A stretch of 64,000 nt of DNA from Desulfomonilia bacterium (GCA_963664325.2 CAXXDQ010000003.1:32001-96000); one strand, 5' to 3'; counted from the stretch's first letter, positions 28,920 to 39,012 are shown. The notes: generated from the letters alone by a model not told the origin. Made by a program: numbers and translations.

Positions 28920-29696
28920 TTATCTTGTCGTCCATCCGCCGTCGATCCTGAGGTCGGACCCGGTCATGTAGGATGCGTCATCTGTCGCCAGGAACAGGAT
29001 TCCTGTTGCTATTTCCATGGGGTTTGCCCATCGGGTGAGCACTCCCTGTTCCTCGAATTCCTTTTTTATCTGCTCAAAGGTCATGCCCCTCTGAGATGCC
29101 TCTTTCGCCACATCGCTCCTTAACATCGGCGTATCGGTCGCACCCGGGCTCACGCTGTTGACCCTCACTCCGTATGGGGCCATGTCAAGGGCCAGGGCCT
29201 TTGTGAATCCCAGCACCCCGTGTTTGGTCGAGCAGTAGTTCGCATGGTTGTTCTGCCCGATGTGGGATGCGACCGATGTGAGCGTTATGATGGTGCCTGA
29301 TTTCTGCTCTTTAAAATAGGGAATAGCCGCCTTGCAGGAGAAGAACGTCCCCTTCATATTGACATTGAGCAGCAGGTCATAGTCCTCTTCAGGGAAGTCT
29401 TCAACCTGGCCTACCCTTACGACTCCGGCATTTGCAATAAGCACGTCTATGCGTCCGTGCTTTGCCGCCACTTCGTCTATATGCTTTTTTATCTCTCCAT
29501 ATTTCGTGACATCTGTTTTGGATATATGAATATTTTCTTTTCCTTCACCGGCAAGGCTGAGAGTTTCCTTGAGCCCGGCCTCATCTATATCCGATGCATA
29601 TACAATTGCGCCTTCCCTGGCGAAAAGTATTGCCGTTGCTCTGCCTATTCCCGAACCTGCACCAGTAAGAATTGTCACCTTGTTTTTTACCCTCAT
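28920..29696 (-). CDS. Short-chain dehydrogenase/reductase
   Basis: TGAGSGIG, NAG, YCSTK, VNSVSPG, IDGG. Confidence 0.92.
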   Translation of the reverse strand: MRVKNKVTILTGAGSGIGRATAILFAREGAIVYASDIDEAGLKETLSLAGEGKENIHISKTDVTKYGEIKKHIDEVAAKHGRIDVLIANAGVVRVGQVEDFPEEDYDLLLNVNMKGTFFSCKAAIPYFKEQKSGTIITLTSVASHIGQNNHANYCSTKHGVLGFTKALALDMAPYGVRVNSVSPGATDTPMLRSDVAKEASQRGMTFEQIKKEFEEQGVLTRWANPMEIATGILFLATDDASYMTGSDLRIDGGWTTR

Positions 29697-29713
29697 AAGT
29701 GTACTCCTTGTTT

Positions 29714-29812
29714 TAGCTGATAACTGTTAAGCTGATATGCAACACTGTTGATTCCGATCAGCAACTTAATAGCTCAACAGCTTATCAGCTTGGCTGCTGA
29801 AATCTTATCAGT
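29714..29812. repeat. 7-8-nt periodic repeats in inverted arrangement
   Basis: AGCTGATA/ACTGTTA/AGCTGATA facing TTAATAGC/TCAACAGC/TTATCAGC/TTGGCTGC. Confidence 0.5.
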
Positions 29813-30952
29813 TTATCTTACGAATATCCCTTTATCAAGTGCTGACAGTCTTTCAACGCCAGTCGCAGTTACCCGGTAGCAGTCTTCCGCGCCTACGAGG
29901 TTGGATGCAGGGAATGACTGCCACACCTCAAGGTCGAGCACCATGTTTTCCTCGAACTCGATGTCGAGCTGGCGCATGGGGCTGAATATGTGCGCTTCCT
30001 CGCATTCAAGGCCGAGGCTGTGCGCTGTGATAAAAGTCATGCCGAGCTTTTTCAAAGACTTTGCGTAGGCCTTGGCCTCCTTGTACAGTTCGAGGGCCTT
30101 GACGCCGGGCCTGAGATTCGCCTCCAGAAATTCCTGGATCTTTATCATGCGCTCAATATGTTCCGTTCCGTTTTCCGGTATGTCTCCTACTACGAACTGC
30201 CGGCTTATATCAGATATATAACCCTTATAGACCGCGCCTATATCGATGCGGTTGAACTGCCCCGGATCTACCGTATACCCTATTCCGGGGGCCTCAGGGT
30301 CTGATGCGCCCAGCCCCATGGTCAGGTGGTCCCAGCCCTCCGCCCCTTCTTCAATTACTGTTCTGCGTGCAATCTTTAAAAGTTCATTGTCCGTGATGCC
30401 GGATCTTGCAGCATCAATGACCGCCATTATCGCTTTTTCCGCGATTCGCGTTGACTGCTTTATCCTGGCTATTTCTTCACCGGTCTTGACAAGTCTCATG
30501 TCGAGAAAGGCCCTGTCGGCATCGAGTAGCGTTGCTTGAGGGAAGCGCTGGCGCAGAAAATCAGCCTGGTATCTGGGCATCTGGCTTTCAAGCCCTATGG
30601 TGTTGCTGCCCAGCCCCCATTCCTCGATCTTTTTGCATATCTCCTCGAGCGTCTGCTGCGGGCTTACCGTGCCCGCCACCTCGTCGAGCCATGTCCATTT
30701 CTTTGTGCTCTGATAAACCATCCATGTTGCGGCAAATTCTGCGCCGTCTTTCCTGACGATTGCCATTGTCGGGAACTGGTTGGACAGGACAAAAAGTATC
30801 GGGTTAGGCGCCACATGGAGCGTCGGCATGCCTGTCGTATAAAATACATTCACAGGTGTCGCCGCCACAAGCACGTCTATTCCATGCTGCGCCATTATCC
30901 TTGATGCCTTTTCAGCTGAATATCCGATAGGAACAGGTTTAATATCATCCAT
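29813..30952 (-). CDS. M24 family (Xaa-Pro peptidase/creatinase-fold) hydrolase
   Basis: RLVKTGEEI, IDIGAVYKGYISD, AHSLGL, LDLE, GAED. Confidence 0.85.
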   Translation of the reverse strand: MDDIKPVPIGYSAEKASRIMAQHGIDVLVAATPVNVFYTTGMPTLHVAPNPILFVLSNQFPTMAIVRKDGAEFAATWMVYQSTKKWTWLDEVAGTVSPQQTLEEICKKIEEWGLGSNTIGLESQMPRYQADFLRQRFPQATLLDADRAFLDMRLVKTGEEIARIKQSTRIAEKAIMAVIDAARSGITDNELLKIARRTVIEEGAEGWDHLTMGLGASDPEAPGIGYTVDPGQFNRIDIGAVYKGYISDISRQFVVGDIPENGTEHIERMIKIQEFLEANLRPGVKALELYKEAKAYAKSLKKLGMTFITAHSLGLECEEAHIFSPMRQLDIEFEENMVLDLEVWQSFPASNLVGAEDCYRVTATGVERLSALDKGIFVR

Positions 30953-30974
30953 AATCACCCCTTTAAGTTATGCA

Positions 30975-31117
30975 TACAGGGCGTCAGAACAAAGCAGCTT
31001 GCTACGAGACGAGGAGCGACAAATTTTTGCATCACAAAAATTGACGCATCAAAGATGCGCCCGAAGGGTAAGGGCCAACAGCCTGAATCAAAGGTATGCA
31101 AAGTTATGACGTCCTGA
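30975..31117 (+). repeat. Repeat family B copy (internally shortened) carrying the 73-bp module at 31021-31093
   Basis: Ends TACAGGGCGTCAGAACAAAGCAG ... GGTATGCAAAGTTATGACGTCCTG match the reverse complement of 32532-32654. Confidence 0.75.
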
Positions 31118-31120
31118 CGC

Positions 31121-31465
31121 TTATAGCTCAATGTCCATCAGCACCTGCAGTTTCTCCAGGTCTTCCATTGAACCGGTCGGTTTGATCTTTCCTTCCATGA
31201 AGGCATCGATAGGGTCGATATCGCCGTTTATAATGCCCATGAACATTTCCGAGTCAAGCGAGAGACTCATGTCCGCATCTTCTTTTATGCCTTCAACGAT
31301 GTCGACATTCGAACCCTTGAACACCATCTGCAGTCCTACATTCACATCCGGGAAAACAAGCTGCATGGTCTTGTTGTAGCCGTTGAAATGCTCGGCCATT
31401 TCCGGGTCTTCGGCTATGGCTTTCCATTTGGATAATCCTTTTTTGAGCTCCTCTTTCCCTGCCAT
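31121..31465 (-). CDS. SCP2 sterol/lipid-binding domain protein
   Basis: ADMSLSLDSEMFMGIINGDIDPIDAFMEGKIKPTGSMEDL. Confidence 0.85.
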   Translation of the reverse strand: MAGKEELKKGLSKWKAIAEDPEMAEHFNGYNKTMQLVFPDVNVGLQMVFKGSNVDIVEGIKEDADMSLSLDSEMFMGIINGDIDPIDAFMEGKIKPTGSMEDLEKLQVLMDIEL

Positions 31466-31475
31466 AAAAACCTCC

Positions 31476-32519
31476 TTAATTTTTCTTTCTGTATACTGTC
31501 CTGCCTGATTCAGAAGCCTCGTAACCCAGCAGGATTACCTCCAGCGCATTTTTCCCCATCTCTCCTGTAACAAACGGCTCAGCGCCCGATGTAACGCATT
31601 CATAAAAATGCTTCACTTCGAGCTCAAACGTAAGCGGATAATATCCCGGGTAGGTCCGATGTTCAACCTCGGGGCACACCCATTTGCCCTGATCCGGCCC
31701 CGGCAGGGTCGAGAAAAGCTTTATAGGCTGTTCCCAGTTGTGGTCTTCAAGGATAGTCCCTTTTGTACCATAAATCTCTATTTTATTATTCCACTCGCTT
31801 GCAACCGTAAAGCTGCAGTCAATGCTCCCGAGAGCGCAATTTTCAAAACCGACAGAGAAGGAGCAGTTGTCGTCCCCGGTGCAGTTCATCTCAGGAAGGC
31901 ATCTGCCGGCCCTGCCGCTGATGCTCTCAATATCCCCTATCAGATAGTGCATGACAGCCACTCTGTGAACACCGCTGTCCATCCAGGCGCCGCCTCCCGC
32001 CTCTGCAAAACTGCCCTTCCAGCAGGTGGGGTCGCTCATGTTTTTGACTTCCGAGCCCCCTTCGTAGGTCCTTATCATCTTCGGCTGGCCGATAATACCG
32101 GCTTCAATAAGTTCTTTGATCTTACGGTGAGCAGGGAGGAAAAGCTGGTTTTCCGCAATCATGAATGTCTTGCCGGCTTTCTTTCCTGCCATGATCATCG
32201 CATCCGCCTCTTCAAGCGTATGTGCAATCGGCTTTTCACACAGTACATGCTTGCCCGCTTCAAAAGCCTCAATGCAAATCCTGTAATGCAGATGATGCGG
32301 AAGACAGATATGAACACAATCAATGTCAGGCCGCCTCAGGACTTCGCGGTAGTCCATGCTTAAATCCGCACCAGGGTTCTTTTTGCCGACCCTCTTCAGA
32401 TTCTTCTCGTTCAAGTCCACAAGGGCCGCCACGCTGGCCAGCTCGGGAATCTTCCCGATCGAATTTGCATGCCAGTTCCCGGCATTGCCTACACCGATAA
32501 TTGCCGCTTTCAAAGCCAT
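31476..32519 (-). CDS. Gfo/Idh/MocA family NAD-dependent oxidoreductase
   Basis: IIGVGNAG, GKHVLCEKP, GGGAWMDSGVH. Confidence 0.92.
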   Translation of the reverse strand: MALKAAIIGVGNAGNWHANSIGKIPELASVAALVDLNEKNLKRVGKKNPGADLSMDYREVLRRPDIDCVHICLPHHLHYRICIEAFEAGKHVLCEKPIAHTLEEADAMIMAGKKAGKTFMIAENQLFLPAHRKIKELIEAGIIGQPKMIRTYEGGSEVKNMSDPTCWKGSFAEAGGGAWMDSGVHRVAVMHYLIGDIESISGRAGRCLPEMNCTGDDNCSFSVGFENCALGSIDCSFTVASEWNNKIEIYGTKGTILEDHNWEQPIKLFSTLPGPDQGKWVCPEVEHRTYPGYYPLTFELEVKHFYECVTSGAEPFVTGEMGKNALEVILLGYEASESGRTVYRKKN

Positions 32520-32531
32520 TATCTCCTCCTC

Positions 32532-32654
32532 TACAGGGCGTCATAACTTTGCATACCATTGTCGCTCCTTGCTGAAACGTTGCGGCGTACGGCAATGTAC
32601 GCCTCACATTTCAGCTTCGTCGCTTCGCGGTCTGCTTTGTTCTTACGCCCTGTA
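32532..32654 (-). mobile_element. 123-bp miniature inverted-repeat element (family B, complete copy without the module)
   Basis: Perfect 10-bp terminal IR TACAGGGCGT/ACGCCCTGTA; internal hairpin GGCGTAC-GGCAAT-GTACGCC. Confidence 0.75.
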
Positions 32655-32718
32655 ATAAAACCTGCCCATTTACAGTATGACCAGTTAGTTCCCATAAGGG
32701 TTTTGTTCAACAACCAAT

Positions 32719-33459
32719 TCAAACCGTCATTCCGCCGTCGATGGACAGGCATGTTCCTGTGCAGAATTCGTTGGCGGCGAGCAGGAGGATGCCTTCCGCT
32801 ATTTCTTCGGGCCTGCCAAGCCTGCCCATTGGCTGGCGCGCTGTTATCTGTTTTCTTGCCTCCTCGGCATTGCCTGTCTGTATGAGGCGCACCGCGAGCG
32901 ACGGCGTGTCTGTCGTACCGGGCAGTATTGCATTAACCCGGATTCCGTCTGCGATATGGTCCATTGCCATGGCCTTTGTCAGAGAAAGCACCGCGCCTTT
33001 GGATGCCGAATATGCAGCACGGTTGGCGACGCCCTTTATGGCCACCGATGAAGAGCAGTTGATGATAACGCCTTTTGACGCCTTCAGGTGCGGGATTGCA
33101 TAGAGCGAGCAGAGCCATGTGCCGCGGACATTTATTGCCATTGTCTTGTCAAATTCGGCCACAGTGCAATTGTCAATACCGCCGGCCACCACTATGCCGG
33201 CGTTGTTGTGGAGGATGTCCAGCCTGCCGAATCTGGCGATTGTTTCATCGATCAGGCGTTTTACATCGTCTTCTTTTGCAACATCGCATTTGATATAAAC
33301 GGCCTCGCCGCCGGATTCGTTGATTGTTTCCACGCCCCTGCAGGGTACGATGTCGCTTAATACAACCTTGGCGCCTTCCTGAGCGAACAGTATGGCTGTC
33401 GCCTCGCCAATGCCTGCCGCTGCCCCGGTGATTATGGCAATTTTGCCTGCGAGCTTCAT
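32719..33459 (-). CDS. Short-chain dehydrogenase/reductase
   Basis: TGAAAGIG, NNAG, YSASK, VNAILPG, IDGG; start at MKLAGK overlapping the upstream stop. Confidence 0.92.
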   Translation of the reverse strand: MKLAGKIAIITGAAAGIGEATAILFAQEGAKVVLSDIVPCRGVETINESGGEAVYIKCDVAKEDDVKRLIDETIARFGRLDILHNNAGIVVAGGIDNCTVAEFDKTMAINVRGTWLCSLYAIPHLKASKGVIINCSSSVAIKGVANRAAYSASKGAVLSLTKAMAMDHIADGIRVNAILPGTTDTPSLAVRLIQTGNAEEARKQITARQPMGRLGRPEEIAEGILLLAANEFCTGTCLSIDGGMTV

Positions 33460-34253
33460 TTTGCAAGTCCTGTTATCTTCCTGGCTTCGGCATGTGTTGC
33501 CACCGGCCGGCCCATCTTTCTGGACAGCCATACGGCCCTTTCGATGAGTTCGGCGTTATTTTTTGCCGGTCTGCCGTCCTCCATGAATGGATTGTCTTCG
33601 GTGCCGATTCGGATATTGCCGCCCGTGCTTATTGCAAGCGTCGCCATCTTGGTCTGCTCTTCACCCATTGTACTGACCGTGTGAAGGCAGCTTTCGGGTT
33701 TGAAGCGCATCAGGTACTGATAGCTTTCGATCTCCGGCGGACACCATGTGCCGCCGGGCCAGCCGAAGAACATCGTAATGATATGCGGGGCCTTGAGAAT
33801 GCCTTTTTTAACAAGCCAGTTCAAATTCCAGTAGGACCCCGTATGCCAGACCTCCCATTCGGGCTTGATATTATACTCAGTGCACTTGAGGGCATATGCC
33901 TCGAGTTCGGTCAAAGGGTGAAGCTTGTCGACTGTGACTGCCGTGAATTCTTCCGCATGATGGTTGAGGATAATGGAAAGCATGTCCGGTTTGCAGTCGA
34001 AGTCGGTCTGGCGCTCTTCGATCGGAAAGCTTGACATGCCGGCCTGAATAATGGCGTCGGTCTTTGCCCTGATTTTGTCTACTATGTATGTGGCCTGAGA
34101 GCTTCTCGGCAGATGGACATGAAGAATGGAAGCGCCGGCCTCCGCGCATTCTACGGCGTCTTTAATAAGGTCTTCATCATTATCGGACCAGTTCCTGACA
34201 TCCGGGTGAATCCATGAATTTGCCGTTGTAGCGGTGATGATGAGTTTTTCCAT
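33456..34253 (-). CDS. Beta-keto acid cleavage enzyme (BKACE/Kce, DUF849)
   Basis: KLIITAT, AEAGASILHVH, IKPEWEV, GGNIRIGTEDN, NAELI, ATHAEARKI. Confidence 0.88.
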   Translation of the reverse strand: MEKLIITATTANSWIHPDVRNWSDNDEDLIKDAVECAEAGASILHVHLPRSSQATYIVDKIRAKTDAIIQAGMSSFPIEERQTDFDCKPDMLSIILNHHAEEFTAVTVDKLHPLTELEAYALKCTEYNIKPEWEVWHTGSYWNLNWLVKKGILKAPHIITMFFGWPGGTWCPPEIESYQYLMRFKPESCLHTVSTMGEEQTKMATLAISTGGNIRIGTEDNPFMEDGRPAKNNAELIERAVWLSRKMGRPVATHAEARKITGLAK

Positions 34254-34256
34254 TTT

Positions 34257-35183
34257 TTATTCTCCTGTTTCCTGGATGATATTTGTTTCGGCAGCCGCTT
34301 CTTCCTGCCTTCGTCCAAGCAGAAATCCGCTGATTATAATGAGAGCGACGCCTGAGAGCATATATGCTACAGATGCCGAATCGGGCGCTTTAAGAGCGAA
34401 CACATAGAAATATACCAGGACAGGCGCGATCTGGACAGGCACCTGCTGGACCGGTATGATGTTGCTGGCCTGTCCGTAGCGGAAACATTCCTGAGTCTGC
34501 CACATGCCGATGAAATTCGTTCCGACAAGGACAATGCTTGCCGTTACAAAGATCACTATCTGAGATGTCGAGCCCTTGCCTTCGAGCACCAGGAATATAA
34601 CGGCTACAAGAGGCGCTATCCAGAGATTGGAAATTGCGAACGGGAAGCCGTTTGAAACACCCATTACAATGCCCTTTCTTCCGCCGGACTTGAGAGACAC
34701 TAAATGCGATATCACCCAAAGCGCGGTAAGGCTCAGGCTGAAAACCGCTATTCGCATGAGCGCAGCAGTTGTTTCAAGGCTCGCCACGACAGTTTCGCCC
34801 TTTATTTCAAGCCTGCTGAGGCCGAGAAGGGTAATACCGATTATCATGAGAAAAATTCCGGTGATCTCGAATGCATCAAGACTTTCACCGTTCATCCAGA
34901 CCGAGCCCAGCGCTAGCACGATAAGCCCTGACGCCATAAGGCCGGGCACCAGAGCGGGCCCGATGTAATCCTGCGCGATCATGAAGCAGGCCGTTCCCGC
35001 ACCGATAGACAATACCAGACCCGTTATCCACAAGGGATTCTTGAGCAGGGTTCTCATGAATTTTGATTTTTTGATTTCCTCAGGCAGGTTGTTCACGGCC
35101 TTTTTCTGCAAGAGCTGTCCCGTTTGATTAAGGACGCCGCTCAATATTGCAAGAACTACTCCTATTATATAACCCTTATGCAT
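34257..35183 (-). CDS. DMT-superfamily membrane transporter (NIPA/EamA-like)
   Basis: About 9 TM segments, LQKKA...LLKNPLWITG pattern. Confidence 0.65.
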   Translation of the reverse strand: MHKGYIIGVVLAILSGVLNQTGQLLQKKAVNNLPEEIKKSKFMRTLLKNPLWITGLVLSIGAGTACFMIAQDYIGPALVPGLMASGLIVLALGSVWMNGESLDAFEITGIFLMIIGITLLGLSRLEIKGETVVASLETTAALMRIAVFSLSLTALWVISHLVSLKSGGRKGIVMGVSNGFPFAISNLWIAPLVAVIFLVLEGKGSTSQIVIFVTASIVLVGTNFIGMWQTQECFRYGQASNIIPVQQVPVQIAPVLVYFYVFALKAPDSASVAYMLSGVALIIISGFLLGRRQEEAAAETNIIQETGE

Positions 35184-35348
35184 TATATCACCTTATCCCG
35201 GTTAAATTGGTCTTACCAATTTGCAGAAAAACAAACTAAGTGTCAACGGAAATTACTGACAAATTTAAAGAAAAGGTCTTTCAAGAGGATTTCAAATCAT
35301 TTTAAATAATCAAGAGCAGCCATAACAACTCCATACTTATTATATTAA

Positions 35349-35376
35349 AAAACTCACCACTCAAAACTCACAACTA
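35349..35376. repeat. Heptamer tandem repeat
   Basis: AAAACTC ACCACTC AAAACTC ACAACTA. Confidence 0.5.
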
Positions 35377-35383
35377 TATTTTT

Positions 35384-36478
35384 CTATCTCTCGGCCCTTG
35401 CTCCTCCCCCCTTCATCAGCTTTTCCACTTCGGCCAATGAGGCCATCGATGTGTCGCCGGGCGTTGTCATTGCCAGCGCGCCGTGCGCTGCGCCGCATTC
35501 AACCGCGTAGGCCGGATCGCCCTTGGCCATAAGTCCGTATATGAGGCCGGAGGCAAAGCTGTCGCCGCCGCCGATGCGGTCCATGATCTCGAGATTATCC
35601 CTGTGCTGCGCCTCGTAAAATTTGCCGTTTGCCCAGCATATCGCCCCCCAGTCGTTTATGGTCGCCGACTTCACTGTGCGCAGTGTAGTCGCCACAACCT
35701 TGATATTCGGGAATTCCTTTACAACATCATCGATCATCTTTTTATATCCGGCCGTATCAAGGGAGGAAAGGCTTTCATCGGTTCCTTCGACCGTAAAGCC
35801 CAGGCAGGCAGTGAAGTCTTCCTCGTTGCCTATCATCACATCCACATATTTCGCCAGTGAGCGGTTCACCTTTTGTGCAGCTTCCCTGCCGCCGATGGTT
35901 TTCCACAGAGACGGCCTGTAATTGAGGTCATAGGAAATAATCGTTCCGTGCTTCCGGGCGGCAGTGAACGCCTCTTCGATGACGCCTGCGGTCGTATCCG
36001 AAAGTGCGGCATATATGCCCCCGGTATGCAGCCAGCGAACACCAAGCCTGCCGAAGATCTCTTCAAAATCAATGTCGCCCTTTTTCATCTGAGAGGCGGC
36101 GGAATTGCCCCTGTCAGAGACGCCGAGCGCGCCCCTTATCCCGAAGCCCCGTTCCGTGAAGTTAAGCCCGTTCCTTACATTGAGGCCGACGCCGTCGTAC
36201 GGCAGCCATTTTATGAACCGCGTATCCACTCCGCCCTGAAGGATGAAATCTTCGATAAGCCTGCCAATGGCGTTTTCGGCAAATGCGGTGACCACTGCCG
36301 TGCGCATCCCGAAGCAGCGCCTCAGGCCGCGCGCTACATTGTATTCGCCGCCCCCTTCCCAGGCCCTGAATTGACGGGCGGTGTGTATCCTGCCCTCGCC
36401 CGGGTCAAGCCTGAGCATGACCTCGCCGAGCGATATCTCGTCGAATTTACATGTTTCTGAAGGTTTTACTGTAAACAT
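35384..36478 (-). CDS. kdgK: 2-keto-3-deoxygluconate kinase (PfkB family)
   Basis: GEVMLRLDP, GGGEYNVA, SYDLNYRPSLW, GNEED, DRIGGGDSFASG; adjacent to eda. Confidence 0.88.
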   Translation of the reverse strand: MFTVKPSETCKFDEISLGEVMLRLDPGEGRIHTARQFRAWEGGGEYNVARGLRRCFGMRTAVVTAFAENAIGRLIEDFILQGGVDTRFIKWLPYDGVGLNVRNGLNFTERGFGIRGALGVSDRGNSAASQMKKGDIDFEEIFGRLGVRWLHTGGIYAALSDTTAGVIEEAFTAARKHGTIISYDLNYRPSLWKTIGGREAAQKVNRSLAKYVDVMIGNEEDFTACLGFTVEGTDESLSSLDTAGYKKMIDDVVKEFPNIKVVATTLRTVKSATINDWGAICWANGKFYEAQHRDNLEIMDRIGGGDSFASGLIYGLMAKGDPAYAVECGAAHGALAMTTPGDTSMASLAEVEKLMKGGGARAER

Positions 36479-36488
36479 ACTTCCCTCC

Positions 36489-37118
36489 TTAAACTGACAT
36501 TGCAATCGCCGCTGCCTCTTTACAAAGCCCCGAGATCTTTTCAAACTTTCCCTGCTCGATCATCTCGGAGGTCGCCAGCCATGTGCCGCCGCAGGCTAGC
36601 ACTTTCGGGAAGGCCAGGTATTCGGCCAGGTTCTTTGTGTTTACTCCGCCGGTCGGGATAAATTTGATTGACCCGAGAGGGGCACTTATTGCCTTTAAGG
36701 TCGTGAGCCCGCCATAGGCTTCGGCCGGGAAGAATTTCAGCGTTGATAACCCCAGCTTCATTGCGGCCATTACTTCTGTCGGCGTGCATATTCCCGGCGT
36801 TATGGGGACATCCTTGTCAAGACAGAATTTTACTACTTCTGCGTCCAGCCCGGGTGAGACCATGAACTTTGCCCCGGCGGCAATCGCTTTTCCGGCCTGT
36901 TCAACAGTAACAACCGTTCCGGCTCCCACCAGCATGTCGCCCCTGGCGGCAATAATTCCGATTGCCTCTTCGGCCGCAGCAGTCCTGAAAGTAACCTCGA
37001 CAAGAGGCAGACCGCCGGCCTTGAGGGCATCGGCCAGAGGCATTGCATCTTTTGAATCCCTGATGGCCACGATCGGAAGAACCCTTGAATTTCCAATTAT
37101 TGCAAGAACATCGCTCAT
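36489..37118 (-). CDS. eda: KDPG/KHG aldolase
   Basis: VEVTFRT, VGAGTV, VSPG, LKFFPAE, PTGGV. Confidence 0.93.
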   Translation of the reverse strand: MSDVLAIIGNSRVLPIVAIRDSKDAMPLADALKAGGLPLVEVTFRTAAAEEAIGIIAARGDMLVGAGTVVTVEQAGKAIAAGAKFMVSPGLDAEVVKFCLDKDVPITPGICTPTEVMAAMKLGLSTLKFFPAEAYGGLTTLKAISAPLGSIKFIPTGGVNTKNLAEYLAFPKVLACGGTWLATSEMIEQGKFEKISGLCKEAAAIAMSV

Positions 37119-37225
37119 GATCATGTCCTTACTAAAAATTATTTGTAAGTGTTCAATAGATGATTTTGATATAATGGTCTATATCCAAGTGCCGATAAGT
37201 TACACAGAATAACAGGAGGCCACAG

Positions 37226-37786
37226 ATGACTCATAGGATAATATCATTAATGATATGTTTGTCGGTGATGGCATCGGTAGGATCTGCAGCAGATTCCCAG
37301 CAGCCTGTGCCTGAAAGCAAACCGGCTGGATATATGCTTCAGCTTGGTGTCAACACGGCGATATTTGACAAGCCCGGCGGAACAAAGACAACCGTGCTGG
37401 CAAAAGACCTGATGGTATGGGTTTCCGGGGAAAAGGACAAATATCTGCAGGTAAGCACGGGAGGATGGGTTAAAATGCAGGGGGTTCCTTCTCAGCAGCC
37501 TCCCTTCAACCTGATGCTCGGAAAAAAAATAGATGTTTACAACATGCCCGGGGATAAATCGGAAATTGCAACCGTGCAGAAGAATGTGATGATAACCATA
37601 GTCGAGACAAAGGACAGTTTCGGACGCATAAAAATCGAGGGATGGATGCTCAAACCGGGTGCAGCGGCAGAAATGAAAAAGACAAGGCCGGACCCTTATA
37701 CGGATATCAAGGACAAGGGAAATAGTGTAATAGATATAATTGATAACAGGATTGTTCATGATCCTGATACGTCATTATCGGAATAA
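37226..37786 (+). CDS. Secreted hypothetical protein with two SH3b-like repeats
   Basis: Signal peptide; two ~50-aa units ending in GWVK and GWML. Confidence 0.6.
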   Translation: MTHRIISLMICLSVMASVGSAADSQQPVPESKPAGYMLQLGVNTAIFDKPGGTKTTVLAKDLMVWVSGEKDKYLQVSTGGWVKMQGVPSQQPPFNLMLGKKIDVYNMPGDKSEIATVQKNVMITIVETKDSFGRIKIEGWMLKPGAAAEMKKTRPDPYTDIKDKGNSVIDIIDNRIVHDPDTSLSE

Positions 37787-37903
37787 ATTGAGCGATTGCT
37801 TTCCGCCCGGGACAATATCCTTTAAAATAGTGCGTATCTGCTCTTGACACGGCAAATTGCTTCGGTTATATCCGAGCCTCTATTCAGGCCAAGGAGTGTA
37901 CAC

Positions 37904-38332
37904 ATGAAGACGTTTATAGCAAAAAAGGAAGAGGCCGAAAGGAACTGGGTCCTAATTGATGCCGCCGATAAGGTGGTGGGCAAGGTTGCGGTCGAAATAG
38001 CCTCCATTCTTCGCGGAAAAACCAAGCCGGTCTTTACACCGCACGTGGATACAGGCGATTTTGTGGTTGTCATCAATGCGGAAAAAGTCCAGCTGACAGG
38101 CAACAAGCTTGAGAAGAAGACATATTACCACCACAGCGGTTATATGGGCGGAATAAAAGCGGCTACTGCAAAGAGCCTGATGGCAAAAAATCCCGAGGAA
38201 ATACTCAAACATGCAGTAAAAGGCATGTTGCCCAAAAACAGTCTGGGCAAATCCATGTTCAAGAAGCTGAAAATATACACAGGTTCAAACCATCCGCACG
38301 AGGCTCAAACACCAAAGGCAATTAATCAGTAA
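37904..38332 (+). CDS. rplM: 50S ribosomal protein L13
   Basis: [45 protein letters not shown]. Confidence 0.98.
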   Translation: MKTFIAKKEEAERNWVLIDAADKVVGKVAVEIASILRGKTKPVFTPHVDTGDFVVVINAEKVQLTGNKLEKKTYYHHSGYMGGIKAATAKSLMAKNPEEILKHAVKGMLPKNSLGKSMFKKLKIYTGSNHPHEAQTPKAINQ

Positions 38333-38344
38333 AGAGGGGAACAT

Positions 38345-38743
38345 ATGGCACAGATAGAGAAAATATACGCAACGGGAAGAAGGAAGAATGCATCAGCCCG
38401 CGTGTGGATCAAGCCTGGAAAAGGCTTGTTTACGGTCAACGGCAGGGCGGTCGGCGAGTATTTCGACAGAGAATCATTAAAGCTGATAGCACTTCAGGCT
38501 TATGATGTGACACAGACTTCCGGGCAGTTCGATACATATGCAACAGTCGCCGGAGGTGGCATATCAGGCCAGGCAGGAGCCGTTCGCCACGGTATATCAA
38601 GGGCCCTTTCGGCATTCGATCCTGATAAACTCAAGCCGACGCTCAAGGCAGCAGGATTCCTCACACGCGACCCGAGAATGGTCGAAAGAAAGAAATACGG
38701 TCTGCACAAGGCTAGAAAGAGACCGCAGTTCTCCAAGAGGTAA
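38345..38743 (+). CDS. rpsI: 30S ribosomal protein S9
   Basis: [43 protein letters not shown]. Confidence 0.98.
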   Translation: MAQIEKIYATGRRKNASARVWIKPGKGLFTVNGRAVGEYFDRESLKLIALQAYDVTQTSGQFDTYATVAGGGISGQAGAVRHGISRALSAFDPDKLKPTLKAAGFLTRDPRMVERKKYGLHKARKRPQFSKR

Positions 38744-38769
38744 TCTTTCACGTAATTTTCGAATAGTCA

Positions 38770-38811
38770 CGGTGCAGCAGGCCGTGTAAAATGCCTGCTG
38801 CACCGTTTTTT
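38770..38811 (+). terminator. Rho-independent terminator after rpsI
   Basis: 13-bp stem CGGTGCAGCAGGC/GCCTGCTGCACCG followed by T6. Confidence 0.85.
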
Positions 38812-39012
38812 ATGCACAGATATCTTCGTGTTTTCCGGAATATAATCATGCAAATGATTTCCTGCAGAGAAATGAACCTGCTGATTTGTCAGCAAAGTTC
38901 ATAAACTGATTTTGTTTTTTGTTGACCCTCAAGCCGGAAGGAAAACTATATTATTAAATTCCAGACTGTTTTGTGGTAAGATTTATTATTCATATGAGTC
39001 GGGGAGGGGCCT

